Shown here in pieces: positions 10,019-17,665 of a stretch of DNA of 64,000 nucleotides. Below the pieces are notes generated by a model. It was not told the origin of the DNA, ran no database searches, and saw only the letters and a list, made by a program, of their open reading frames with translations. The DNA is taken from NCBI GenBank assembly GCA_963736875.1, contig CAVTQH010000002.1, positions 270,663 to 334,662 on the forward strand, read 5' to 3'. How positions within the stretch are numbered: the first letter of the stretch is position 1; each line of letters starts with the position of its first letter. Origin of the DNA: Candidatus Amesbacteria bacterium (GTDB taxonomy: Bacteria > Patescibacteriota > Microgenomatia > CAZETR01 > Amesbacteraceae). The translations under genes and the position numbers were made by a program.

Positions 10019-11137
10019 ATGGTTACAATGGGCTTGGTGGCAAAAAGAAGTGGAAGAGTAATATCTCACGTTAACTTTCTCGTTTTTTCTTTAGTTGTGT
10101 TAGTTGGTGGGCTCGTAGCCAGCACAATCTTGGTAAGTAAAAATCAACAGCTAAATAGTCAGGCACAGGATGTTACAAGGCTTACCAACGCTGTTTGGTG
10201 GCAGTATTTACCAGTCAAATATAATTCAGCGTGTTCTTACCCAGACAAACCTGCCCCCGATAATTATCAGGCTGTTCATCCCTCCGTACTTTACTTTCCC
10301 GGAGGGTGGAAGGGATATAAATTTTGGATGTCTGTATCTCCTTTTCCTAATCTTGACCCAAAGTGTGAACACCCTCATGTATTTGCCTCCAATACAGGAA
10401 GATACAAAGATTGGATTCAGCCGACAGGTAATCCTGTAGTTCCTAGTGTAGATCCCTACGCTTACGAATACAGCGATGCAGATCTGGTGATGGTCGGGGA
10501 TAAAATGTATATGTTCTATCGTAAAAACACCAAAAACGGACCGGGATATGAAGACGATGACACCGAGTTGTATAAAATATCCCTTTGTTCAACATGTAAT
10601 AGTTGGAGCCCCCCCGAGGCTGTTAAACTTACTAATGTACCTGGGGATCCAATTACTACTGATGCTTATAAAGTTAAACCTAGCGGAATATTTGCCTCTC
10701 CTTCCATTTTGTATGAGAATAATGTCTGGAGAATGTATTATGTCGATACGAAAGCCAAGATAGTAAGATATGCGTCTAGTAGCGATGGGAAAGAGTTCAC
10801 GTGGCAGAGGAACATTTCCGTGAATTATTACCCGCAAGATCCTTGGCACGTCGAAGTCTTCAAGTATAAAACCAGGTACTTTATGCTACTAAACCAGAAC
10901 ATAGAAACAACCAACTCGAATTTGTATCTGCTTACAAACGATAATACGGCAAGTTGGACCAATAAGGGGCCGATATTGTCGCCATCGGCGAATGCATGGG
11001 ATAAATCGGATATTTATCGAGCGTCAGCAGTTGTAGTAGATAATCAATTAATGTTGTGGTATTCGGGTTTTATAGGAAATAATGTGCACACTGGCCTCAT
11101 CAACGACTCCACATGGAATAATTGGTGGTACCGCTAA
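10019..11137 (+). CDS. membrane-anchored beta-propeller glycoside hydrolase-like protein (GH43/32/117/130-type fold)
   Basis: N-terminal TM; HPSV..F..GW.GYKFWM..SPFP...EHP, SDADLV, SPSIL, PWH.EV and WD...IYRAS blade motifs. Confidence 0.65.
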   Translation: MVTMGLVAKRSGRVISHVNFLVFSLVVLVGGLVASTILVSKNQQLNSQAQDVTRLTNAVWWQYLPVKYNSACSYPDKPAPDNYQAVHPSVLYFPGGWKGYKFWMSVSPFPNLDPKCEHPHVFASNTGRYKDWIQPTGNPVVPSVDPYAYEYSDADLVMVGDKMYMFYRKNTKNGPGYEDDDTELYKISLCSTCNSWSPPEAVKLTNVPGDPITTDAYKVKPSGIFASPSILYENNVWRMYYVDTKAKIVRYASSSDGKEFTWQRNISVNYYPQDPWHVEVFKYKTRYFMLLNQNIETTNSNLYLLTNDNTASWTNKGPILSPSANAWDKSDIYRASAVVVDNQLMLWYSGFIGNNVHTGLINDSTWNNWWYR

Positions 11138-11186
11138 GAATGTAAATTACAGGTCCGCGAAAAACTGAAGGGGTTGCGAATAAAAT

Positions 11187-11220
11187 TTGCTGAGCATACC
11201 GCTCTAGAACCATTCTATCC
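11187..11220 (+). repeat. 34-bp cassette repeat R2
   Basis: TTGCTGAGCATACCGCTCTAGAACCATTCTATCC. Confidence 0.9.
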
Positions 11221-11268
11221 TTTAGTCCGCAGGACGTGAATCTAACGATTGTCTCACAACAAGGCCAA

Positions 11269-11290
11269 ACCTACCTACCGGCAGGCAGGT
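11269..11290. repeat. REP-like short imperfect palindrome
   Basis: ACCTACCTACCGGCAGGCAGGT. Confidence 0.55.
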
Positions 11291-11329
11291 GAGACAAATG
11301 AGATGATACTAGAAGTAAACAGTGTAGAT

Positions 11330-12097
11330 CTACAATTTTCGACATTTAAAAATGAACCTATCTGAAAAATTAATAAAAAAGGGAAGTTTGCTTAAACAGA
11401 ATGAATTCTTATCTCCGTTCCTATTTATTCTAACTCCGTTACCCATGACTTTAATATCACTGTAGCCGGCGTATTTTAGAGTTGTCAGAAGCGAATGAAT
11501 AGAAAAAAAAGAAATATGCCCCGATGCGACATCCGTTAACGGGCGCGTGGTTTGATAAGACTCTCCCATGCCTGTTAAAAGCCCGATAACGTCATGAATT
11601 TGAGCAATATTTGGAACTGACCCCAGAAAATATCCACCATGCTTGATTAAAGGATTTATGACCTTTTTAATAAATACCCCAGGGGTTCTGATATGTTCCA
11701 GAATTTCAGCTGCAACAACAAAATCGGCTTTTGGAAGTTTATCAATTTTATCCAGGTCTTTTTCAACGTCCACTGAGATGACTCTATCAAAACACTGCCT
11801 GTCTAATCCAACCTGCAACACCTCCAAAGAAACATCGATTCCAATTTTATATAAATTCGCCAAAGATTTAACTTGATTTTCCAATTCACCCTCTCCGCAA
11901 CCTAAATTAATCATTATCATTTTTTTGTTTATGCTTTTATCAACAATTTCTCGAATAATTTCAGAAATAAGCGTAAGCCTCTTTTTATGAAGTTTGTTAT
12001 CGAGATAACTATATACTTTATTGTTTTGTTTTTTGAATAATATTGCCTCGAAATGTTTTTCAGGCTGTCCATAAACTTCGGGTTTTATGATTGACAT
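11330..12097 (-). CDS. class I SAM-dependent methyltransferase (cassette cargo)
   Basis: NLGCGEG, GIDVS, EILEHI, GG...SVPN motifs. Confidence 0.85.
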   Translation of the reverse strand: MSIIKPEVYGQPEKHFEAILFKKQNNKVYSYLDNKLHKKRLTLISEIIREIVDKSINKKMIMINLGCGEGELENQVKSLANLYKIGIDVSLEVLQVGLDRQCFDRVISVDVEKDLDKIDKLPKADFVVAAEILEHIRTPGVFIKKVINPLIKHGGYFLGSVPNIAQIHDVIGLLTGMGESYQTTRPLTDVASGHISFFSIHSLLTTLKYAGYSDIKVMGNGVRINRNGDKNSFCLSKLPFFINFSDRFIFKCRKL

Positions 12098-12281
12098 AAA
12101 ATTATTGTTCAGTAGCTCAACTAACCAGTCGTAACCATACCAAAAGGTAGAGATAAATTTGATATCTATTATATATATCTTTCCTATTTTTTCTGGGGGA
12201 CTAGTTGTCTTTCGCTAAGTTTAGGATCACCACGGAACACGACCACATAATGGCATGCAATTCCGAAAGCTTGGCGAAGGA

Positions 12282-12315
12282 TTGCTGAGCAGTACGATCT
12301 GGAACCATTTTATCC
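12282..12315 (+). repeat. 34-bp cassette repeat R3
   Basis: TTGCTGAGCAGTACGATCTGGAACCATTTTATCC; abuts the ASCH stop codon. Confidence 0.9.
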
Positions 12316-12657
12316 TTATATTCTTTTCTCAACTTCTATTGCTACTACACCATACTGTTTTTCTTGTTCAGGAGTATAGAATTGTCTATACACTCTAATT
12401 CCTTGATAAATTGAATCTACGTCCGGTAATAACTCTTTAATAGATTCACTGGTTAGCATGTCTTTAATCGATTTATATATTGTTACCCTTTTTACTACGG
12501 TCTCTACACTATCTGTTTCTTTGTTATCATAAACGGTAATTTGATCTCCAGGCTTGATATTGCGATACTTACCTTTTCTTATCCTTGCCTCGACAGTTTT
12601 CTGCCCATTCTTAAGTAAGGTGAAATACGGTTCTGCTCTATGATTGTGGTAATTCAT
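12316..12657 (-). CDS. ASCH/PUA-domain protein (cassette cargo)
   Basis: PYF..LKNGQKTVEAR...K...IKPGD.I motif; YGVVAIE C-terminus. Confidence 0.85.
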   Translation of the reverse strand: MNYHNHRAEPYFTLLKNGQKTVEARIRKGKYRNIKPGDQITVYDNKETDSVETVVKRVTIYKSIKDMLTSESIKELLPDVDSIYQGIRVYRQFYTPEQEKQYGVVAIEVEKRI

Positions 12658-12662
12658 AAAAG

Positions 12663-12696
12663 TTGCTGAGCGGGCCGGTCTGGGACCCTCCTATCC
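12663..12696 (+). repeat. 34-bp cassette repeat R4
   Basis: TTGCTGAGCGGGCCGGTCTGGGACCCTCCTATCC; abuts the GNAT stop and lies 5 nt from the ASCH start. Confidence 0.9.
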
Positions 12697-13134
12697 TTAT
12701 AGTTTCTTAATAAAATATGATTTTTCTCCCTCAGTTTTATATTCAGTGAAACCGTTATCTAAAACAAATTTATACATACCTGGGAATTTTACTTTGTAAG
12801 TATTTAGAGTCAGTTGATCAAACATTTTCTCCTTTGCAAATTTTTCTATTTCCTCATACATCATTTTCCAAATTCCAAACTTCCGATATTCTTTTAATAC
12901 CCCAACATTCCAAATATGAAATTTCCCTTCTTTTGGATAACAGATAGAAAATCCCACCATCTTTTTGTCATCCCAGGCATTAACTAACAAACCGCCGCTA
13001 TTTATCTTATTCAACCAATCATTTTTGTCGTGATATTTTTGGAGCTCTTCTGGAGACGGCTCAAATACTTGATTTGACACTTCTAAAGCTTTTTCTAACT
13101 CTTTTAGTTGGTTTATGTGTAATGTGATATTCAT
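12697..13134 (-). CDS. GNAT N-acetyltransferase (cassette cargo)
   Basis: VGVLKEYRKFGI acetyl-CoA motif, GF near C-terminus; likely start MNITL at 13134. Confidence 0.85.
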   Translation of the reverse strand: MNITLHINQLKELEKALEVSNQVFEPSPEELQKYHDKNDWLNKINSGGLLVNAWDDKKMVGFSICYPKEGKFHIWNVGVLKEYRKFGIWKMMYEEIEKFAKEKMFDQLTLNTYKVKFPGMYKFVLDNGFTEYKTEGEKSYFIKKL

Positions 13135-13168
13135 CTGCTGAACATGTCGGTCTTGAACCATTCGATCC
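13135..13168 (+). repeat. 34-bp cassette repeat R5
   Basis: CTGCTGAACATGTCGGTCTTGAACCATTCGATCC; abuts the likely GNAT ATG. Confidence 0.9.
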
Positions 13169-13176
13169 CATAACCT

Positions 13177-13710
13177 CTACAAATATTTCTCAAGTTCTCT
13201 AATAGAATTAAAAAACTCTATTTTGGATTTTTCCTTGTGTCCTTCTTTTAGAAATTCCTTAATTGTTTTATTAGTAATCCCACCAGATGCTTCTAAAACA
13301 TAAATGTCTTTAGCGATGCCAGCCATAATCGTTATTTCGTACATAGTACCAACTCGTCCACCAATAACAATTGCCATATCGACATCAAAACATAGTTTCA
13401 GAGATCGGAGGTATAGATCAATTTTAGAAAAATTGTTACAGACGTATTTTTCTTGGAAAATTACCTCTGAGTATTTAGATAAATCTGTTTGGTAAAATTT
13501 CTTGTGATCTTCAAGATTTTTACCCGCACAGTAGGCTATAGCTTTGCCGCCTGAAGAAATGGCTGAGACGGCAACTAAGTCCGGGTAACCAGAAACACCC
13601 CCAGTAACGATGATGTGTCCTTTTAAAGCAAGTAATCTACCTAATTCTTGAGATTTTTTAAAAAAATCTCCATTGTCAGGATTACTTGATCCGATGATGG
13701 CTATTTTCAT
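13177..13710 (-). CDS. SLOG/LOG-family nucleotide-binding protein (cassette cargo)
   Basis: IAIIGS, IVTGGVSG, R and GGRVGTMYE (GG.GT..E) motifs. Confidence 0.8.
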   Translation of the reverse strand: MKIAIIGSSNPDNGDFFKKSQELGRLLALKGHIIVTGGVSGYPDLVAVSAISSGGKAIAYCAGKNLEDHKKFYQTDLSKYSEVIFQEKYVCNNFSKIDLYLRSLKLCFDVDMAIVIGGRVGTMYEITIMAGIAKDIYVLEASGGITNKTIKEFLKEGHKEKSKIEFFNSIRELEKYL

Positions 13711-13730
13711 AAATTTAATTATAGTTTAAT

Positions 13731-13764
13731 TTGCTGAGCACCACAGCCTCGAACCGTTCTAGCC
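13731..13764 (+). repeat. 34-bp cassette repeat R6
   Basis: TTGCTGAGCACCACAGCCTCGAACCGTTCTAGCC. Confidence 0.9.
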
Positions 13765-13814
13765 CATAACTAATTTAATATACGGATCAAGGATTTTTCC
13801 ACTTTGACTATTTA

Positions 13815-14168
13815 TTAAACTCCCTTAGTGCGAAGGTATTCGCTGGCGTCTCTTAAGGCTTTGAAGTGGGCGTCTTCCAAATCAATCTCGTACAAATCTG
13901 CAATTCGCATGACCATAAATAAAATATCAGCTAATTCATCCCCAATTTTTTCTTTGTTTGCCTGATATTTAGGATTGTCTTTGTCTCGACATGCAGGGTA
14001 ATAACCCTCTTGCACCATCACCAATGAAGAAAGATCACCAATCTGCTTACTTAGTTCAATCATCGACCCATCCACACCCCATTGCTTACCTTCTATTTTT
14101 TCGAACCTTTTAATTATCGCTCTTGCCTTATTAACCGCTTCCTCAAATGTAGTTTTATTCATATTCAT
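13815..14168 (-). CDS. MazG-like all-alpha NTP pyrophosphatase (cassette cargo)
   Basis: ELSKQIGDL ... IGDELADILF ... IDLE motif. Confidence 0.75.
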   Translation of the reverse strand: MNMNKTTFEEAVNKARAIIKRFEKIEGKQWGVDGSMIELSKQIGDLSSLVMVQEGYYPACRDKDNPKYQANKEKIGDELADILFMVMRIADLYEIDLEDAHFKALRDASEYLRTKGV

Positions 14169-14192
14169 AGCTTAACATAATCTTGAATTGTA

Positions 14193-14222
14193 TGGCTGGC
14201 GCTTTATCGAAAAATCCGAACG
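14193..14222 (+). repeat. class II att-like site (GGCTG-N19-GAAC)
   Basis: TGGCTGGCGCTTTATCGAAAAATCCGAACG, reads WLALYRKIRT; 24 nt from the MazG start. Confidence 0.45.
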
Positions 14223-14367
14223 TCAATCTGCTAGCTCACCCGCCGCGCCTCCGTTATTTTTTTGCGCGCGCAAAGTGACGGGACAGCACAAAAAAGCCAA
14301 TGCCATTGTACCAAACTTGATTGTAAATCTATAATAGTATAGAGCAATACAAAGGCAAAAATGATTT

Positions 14368-15042
14368 ATGTCTAACGTTAATTATGGAAATAGGGGGTTG
14401 CTTATCGCAGTAGAGGGTGTTGATGGTGCCGGTAAATCAACTTTGATCAAAGCTTTAAGCAGTCACTTACAGAGTAAGGGGATATCAAACGCAGTATTTA
14501 AGAATCATGTTGGGTTAGAATCACCATTTTGGGCATCATATAAAAAAAGCAGGGAACAACTTAAAAATAATGGGGTTAAAATTTCAAGCGATGCAGCAAG
14601 AACTATACAAACTGCTGAATTTTTGTCATTTGCCAGAAACGTTTTACCGGGATTGTTGAGCACTCATAGAGTTGTTCTTGCAGATAGATACATGGTAGCT
14701 AAAAGAGTTGATTCCCGGGTAAGCCTAGAAGGTAATGTCGGTTCTGCAGAAATATTACTTAATGTAGCCGACGATATTTATTTACCGGATCAGATTTTTT
14801 ACCTTAGAGTTCCGGCAAAAACAGCCTGGAAAAGAATATCGAATAAAGAAATAAAAGACTGGAAAGAGAATTATGAAATTATTTCAAAAGCAGTGGTTTA
14901 TTATGACCAAATTGTTTCAACAATTCCTGACGTGGAAATTATAAACGCAGATAAAGATGAAAAAAACGTTTTTAATGTAGCTATTACTGTTTTTTGGGAC
15001 AAGTTTTCTCGCCAGTTAGAGATTATGAAAAAGACTCTCTAG
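14368..15042 (+). CDS. thymidylate kinase-like (dTMP kinase family) protein
   Basis: IAVEGVDGAGKST P-loop, LADRY, PD..FYL.V motifs. Confidence 0.8.
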   Translation: MSNVNYGNRGLLIAVEGVDGAGKSTLIKALSSHLQSKGISNAVFKNHVGLESPFWASYKKSREQLKNNGVKISSDAARTIQTAEFLSFARNVLPGLLSTHRVVLADRYMVAKRVDSRVSLEGNVGSAEILLNVADDIYLPDQIFYLRVPAKTAWKRISNKEIKDWKENYEIISKAVVYYDQIVSTIPDVEIINADKDEKNVFNVAITVFWDKFSRQLEIMKKTL

Positions 15043-15687
15043 GGTCAGGTTGTCTTTAATACTGATTCGAGACAGCCTCTTACTTTTCGCATAATAACTC
15101 AAAAACAAATCCGAATTTGGGGTGTCTCTTAACTGAAGTGCGGTCAATAGCCGCATCTTTTCCCTAGGCAGAATCGTTTTAAAATTCTCGAGAAAATAGC
15201 TTTTTAGGTATAGTAACGATTGGACTCCGTTAGCATAGTCTTGCTTAAATAATCGAACACTGTAAGTTGCGAGTATATTCTCTAAGCTGAAATATCGTTT
15301 ATAGACTTCTCTTATATCATATTCGAATTGTTGATATATGACATGATCATTTCTGACAAGAAAAGGAAAAATGTCTACGAAATATTCTCCACCCGGTCCT
15401 AAAAAGTTATTCGGATTGGAATCCAATCCGTATTTATCAAACGTTAATGATTTAATTCGGTTTACAATGTGTCCTGAAAATAAGATTGGTTTTTCAGCAA
15501 TTCGTTCCTGATTTATGACAATGTATCCGTCTTGGAAAGTTAGGTCTGTTTGAGGTGTTCGAAAACCTGCAGTTTCTAACCATTTAAAATAATATGGTAA
15601 ATGTACAGATATATATTTAAATAAATATTTTGTGGCCTCAACCTTTTTTACAAATCTATTTTTATTGACTGAAACATCACACCTCAT
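15016..15687 (-). CDS. hypothetical protein, possible protein-kinase-like (APH-type) fold
   Basis: GLDSNPNNF (DxxxxN) followed by YFVDIFP, resembling catalytic and Mg-binding loops. Confidence 0.45.
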   Translation of the reverse strand: MRCDVSVNKNRFVKKVEATKYLFKYISVHLPYYFKWLETAGFRTPQTDLTFQDGYIVINQERIAEKPILFSGHIVNRIKSLTFDKYGLDSNPNNFLGPGGEYFVDIFPFLVRNDHVIYQQFEYDIREVYKRYFSLENILATYSVRLFKQDYANGVQSLLYLKSYFLENFKTILPREKMRLLTALQLRDTPNSDLFLSYYAKSKRLSRISIKDNLTLESLFHNL

Positions 15688-16706
15688 AGTAAATCAATAG
15701 GAATTAAGTAATGATCGTTGTTTTGCATAAATAGAAAATCACCATGATTGACTGTTACCTTAGTGCCTCTGAATAAGTATGTATTTCCAAACACGTGGTT
15801 ATCATCACCCATCCCTTGATGCGCCCATGAGAAGCTAATAGCATTCAGGTGCTTATCACCCATAACAAGATCCCATGTTTTTGGGAAATTATAACAATCA
15901 GCTGCCGATAGTACCTGGCATTCACTCACAACTTCTTCAATTTTCCAATCCTGATGCATACCACTAAGGAAGTCTCTTATAGGGGTATCGTTATGGTCGA
16001 TGTTTAAACATTGTAAGCTTGTAGATACACCTTCCGGACTGATCCACCTCATTCTTTTGTTAGCAAGGTACCGGCCGGCTAGAACGGGGATGTTGAACTT
16101 TCTGGAATAATGAACAGCGTATTCAGCGTCTTTACCCGTCTCTTTTGTAGTCACGTACCCGCTACTAATAAAGGTTTCATTTACAAGATCCAAAAAGTCC
16201 GTCTTTTGTGTTGGTTTAACCCAAGCGATCAAATCCAAATCCGAGTCGACCGAATTCAATCCCGCTTGGTGAGAACCATAAACTCCAAGGTTGTAGTCTC
16301 CTGCAAAATCAGCCTTCAATAATTTTTCTTTAATACCGTTGGCTAATCGTTTAGAGGCGGAAGAAATAGCGGTATTGGATTCATAGTAAGTTGAATACCA
16401 TACATATTCCTGATTGTCTTGTAGAAACAAGAGAGGCTTATTGTAAACATCAATAAGTAATTCGCCGATTTCAACAAAACTATTTCGTGACACGTCCTCG
16501 TGAATCAGTCTGTTTCGTCGGTATATTTTACGGTCAATACCCGATACACGATTTCCGTTCTCATCAAGGGAATAACTCCGGTTTACGGGTAGAATTGATC
16601 CTTGTTGTGTATGCAATCTGTAGGCACCTTTAAGATGGTAAATGTTTCCGTTAGGGGATTTTATGGCAGAAAACTCTGGAAAAGGTGAAATCTCATACTC
16701 CGTCAT
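15684..16706 (-). CDS. Pol-beta superfamily nucleotidyltransferase (resembles archaeal COG1665-type)
   Basis: LGVYGSHQAGLNSVDSDLDLIAW = GS..DxD motif. Confidence 0.7.
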   Translation of the reverse strand: MTEYEISPFPEFSAIKSPNGNIYHLKGAYRLHTQQGSILPVNRSYSLDENGNRVSGIDRKIYRRNRLIHEDVSRNSFVEIGELLIDVYNKPLLFLQDNQEYVWYSTYYESNTAISSASKRLANGIKEKLLKADFAGDYNLGVYGSHQAGLNSVDSDLDLIAWVKPTQKTDFLDLVNETFISSGYVTTKETGKDAEYAVHYSRKFNIPVLAGRYLANKRMRWISPEGVSTSLQCLNIDHNDTPIRDFLSGMHQDWKIEEVVSECQVLSAADCYNFPKTWDLVMGDKHLNAISFSWAHQGMGDDNHVFGNTYLFRGTKVTVNHGDFLFMQNNDHYLIPIDLL

Positions 16707-17665
16707 ATTACGATTCTTCTCCCCAAATAATGGGGCAGAATCAATTGATATTCTTCGTCTTTAAAAAACAATTTGAAAAGATAGTTACTATCTTCTCCAT
16801 CAACATTTATAGGAGAAATATGTTGCAAAATTACTTGTTTGACTTGAGATTTTTTGAAAATATCTAATATATCCCATCCACTGAGATGATATTTTGAGTG
16901 CTTGTTGTATTCCAGTGCATTAATGTTCACGACGGCTAAATCTGCATTCTTAAAGAAATCTGCAATGTATTGGTGTTTTTCTTCTATTGATATTAAGTTA
17001 CCAATTGTCTCGTTAGAGTTGAAAACTCCTGTGTCGGTTTTGATTTTAATTGCGTATCCCGAATCGGATACATAACCTATAATCTTTTTGTTTACTTCTA
17101 ATTTAAAGCCAAATGTATCAGGACAACTGTGAAATAGTGATAAGAAACTAATCTTGTACTCACTTAGGATTTTATCGTTATAAACCATCTGTGAATCGGA
17201 AAGTAAATTCAATGTAACATGCTTGGCATTAGAAAGAGCTGTTTTATAGTAATCCGGAACTTTAGTATCGAAAGCGTCCTTGGAACTAAATACTGTAATT
17301 TCTTTCGATTTATTTTTTAGAATTTTTTCTAAAAAGATTTGTAGAGAAGCAGTATGGTCAATGTGATTATGAGTTATTATCAGCACCCGGATATCGTTAA
17401 CGGATAAACCTGTTGATGTAAACCTGGAATAGAAATCAACCCCGGGATCGACTACTATAAGTTTTCCTTTTAAATTTATGATGTAACCATTGAAATACCA
17501 TTGATCAATTTGCAGTTCAAGCGAAGTTTCAAATAATAATTTAGGTATTATTATTTCGTGTCCGGATATTTTCTCCGTTATCTTCCCAGACTTAAAAGAT
17601 TCCTTTAAAATCTGCTCTTTCTTATACAAACCCCTTGAAATTATGATTAAATTATTCTTGTCCAT
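16703..17665 (-). CDS. metallo-beta-lactamase fold hydrolase (RNase Z/phosphodiesterase-like)
   Basis: VVDPG, THNHIDH (HxHxDH), H, SDSG, HL and LQH motifs. Confidence 0.85.
   Translation of the reverse strand: MDKNNLIIISRGLYKKEQILKESFKSGKITEKISGHEIIIPKLLFETSLELQIDQWYFNGYIINLKGKLIVVDPGVDFYSRFTSTGLSVNDIRVLIITHNHIDHTASLQIFLEKILKNKSKEITVFSSKDAFDTKVPDYYKTALSNAKHVTLNLLSDSQMVYNDKILSEYKISFLSLFHSCPDTFGFKLEVNKKIIGYVSDSGYAIKIKTDTGVFNSNETIGNLISIEEKHQYIADFFKNADLAVVNINALEYNKHSKYHLSGWDILDIFKKSQVKQVILQHISPINVDGEDSNYLFKLFFKDEEYQLILPHYLGRRIVI

Noticed and set aside
9863-13764. CRISPR array interpretation of the 34-bp repeats
   Set aside because: Spacers are 350-1300 bp and contain whole genes, the repeats diverge internally, and no cas genes are present.
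9863-13764. Classical integron attC or Xer/dif (pdif) sites
   Set aside because: No RYYYAAC/GTTRRRY ends, no long imperfect palindrome, no XerC/XerD arm similarity, and no intI in the window.
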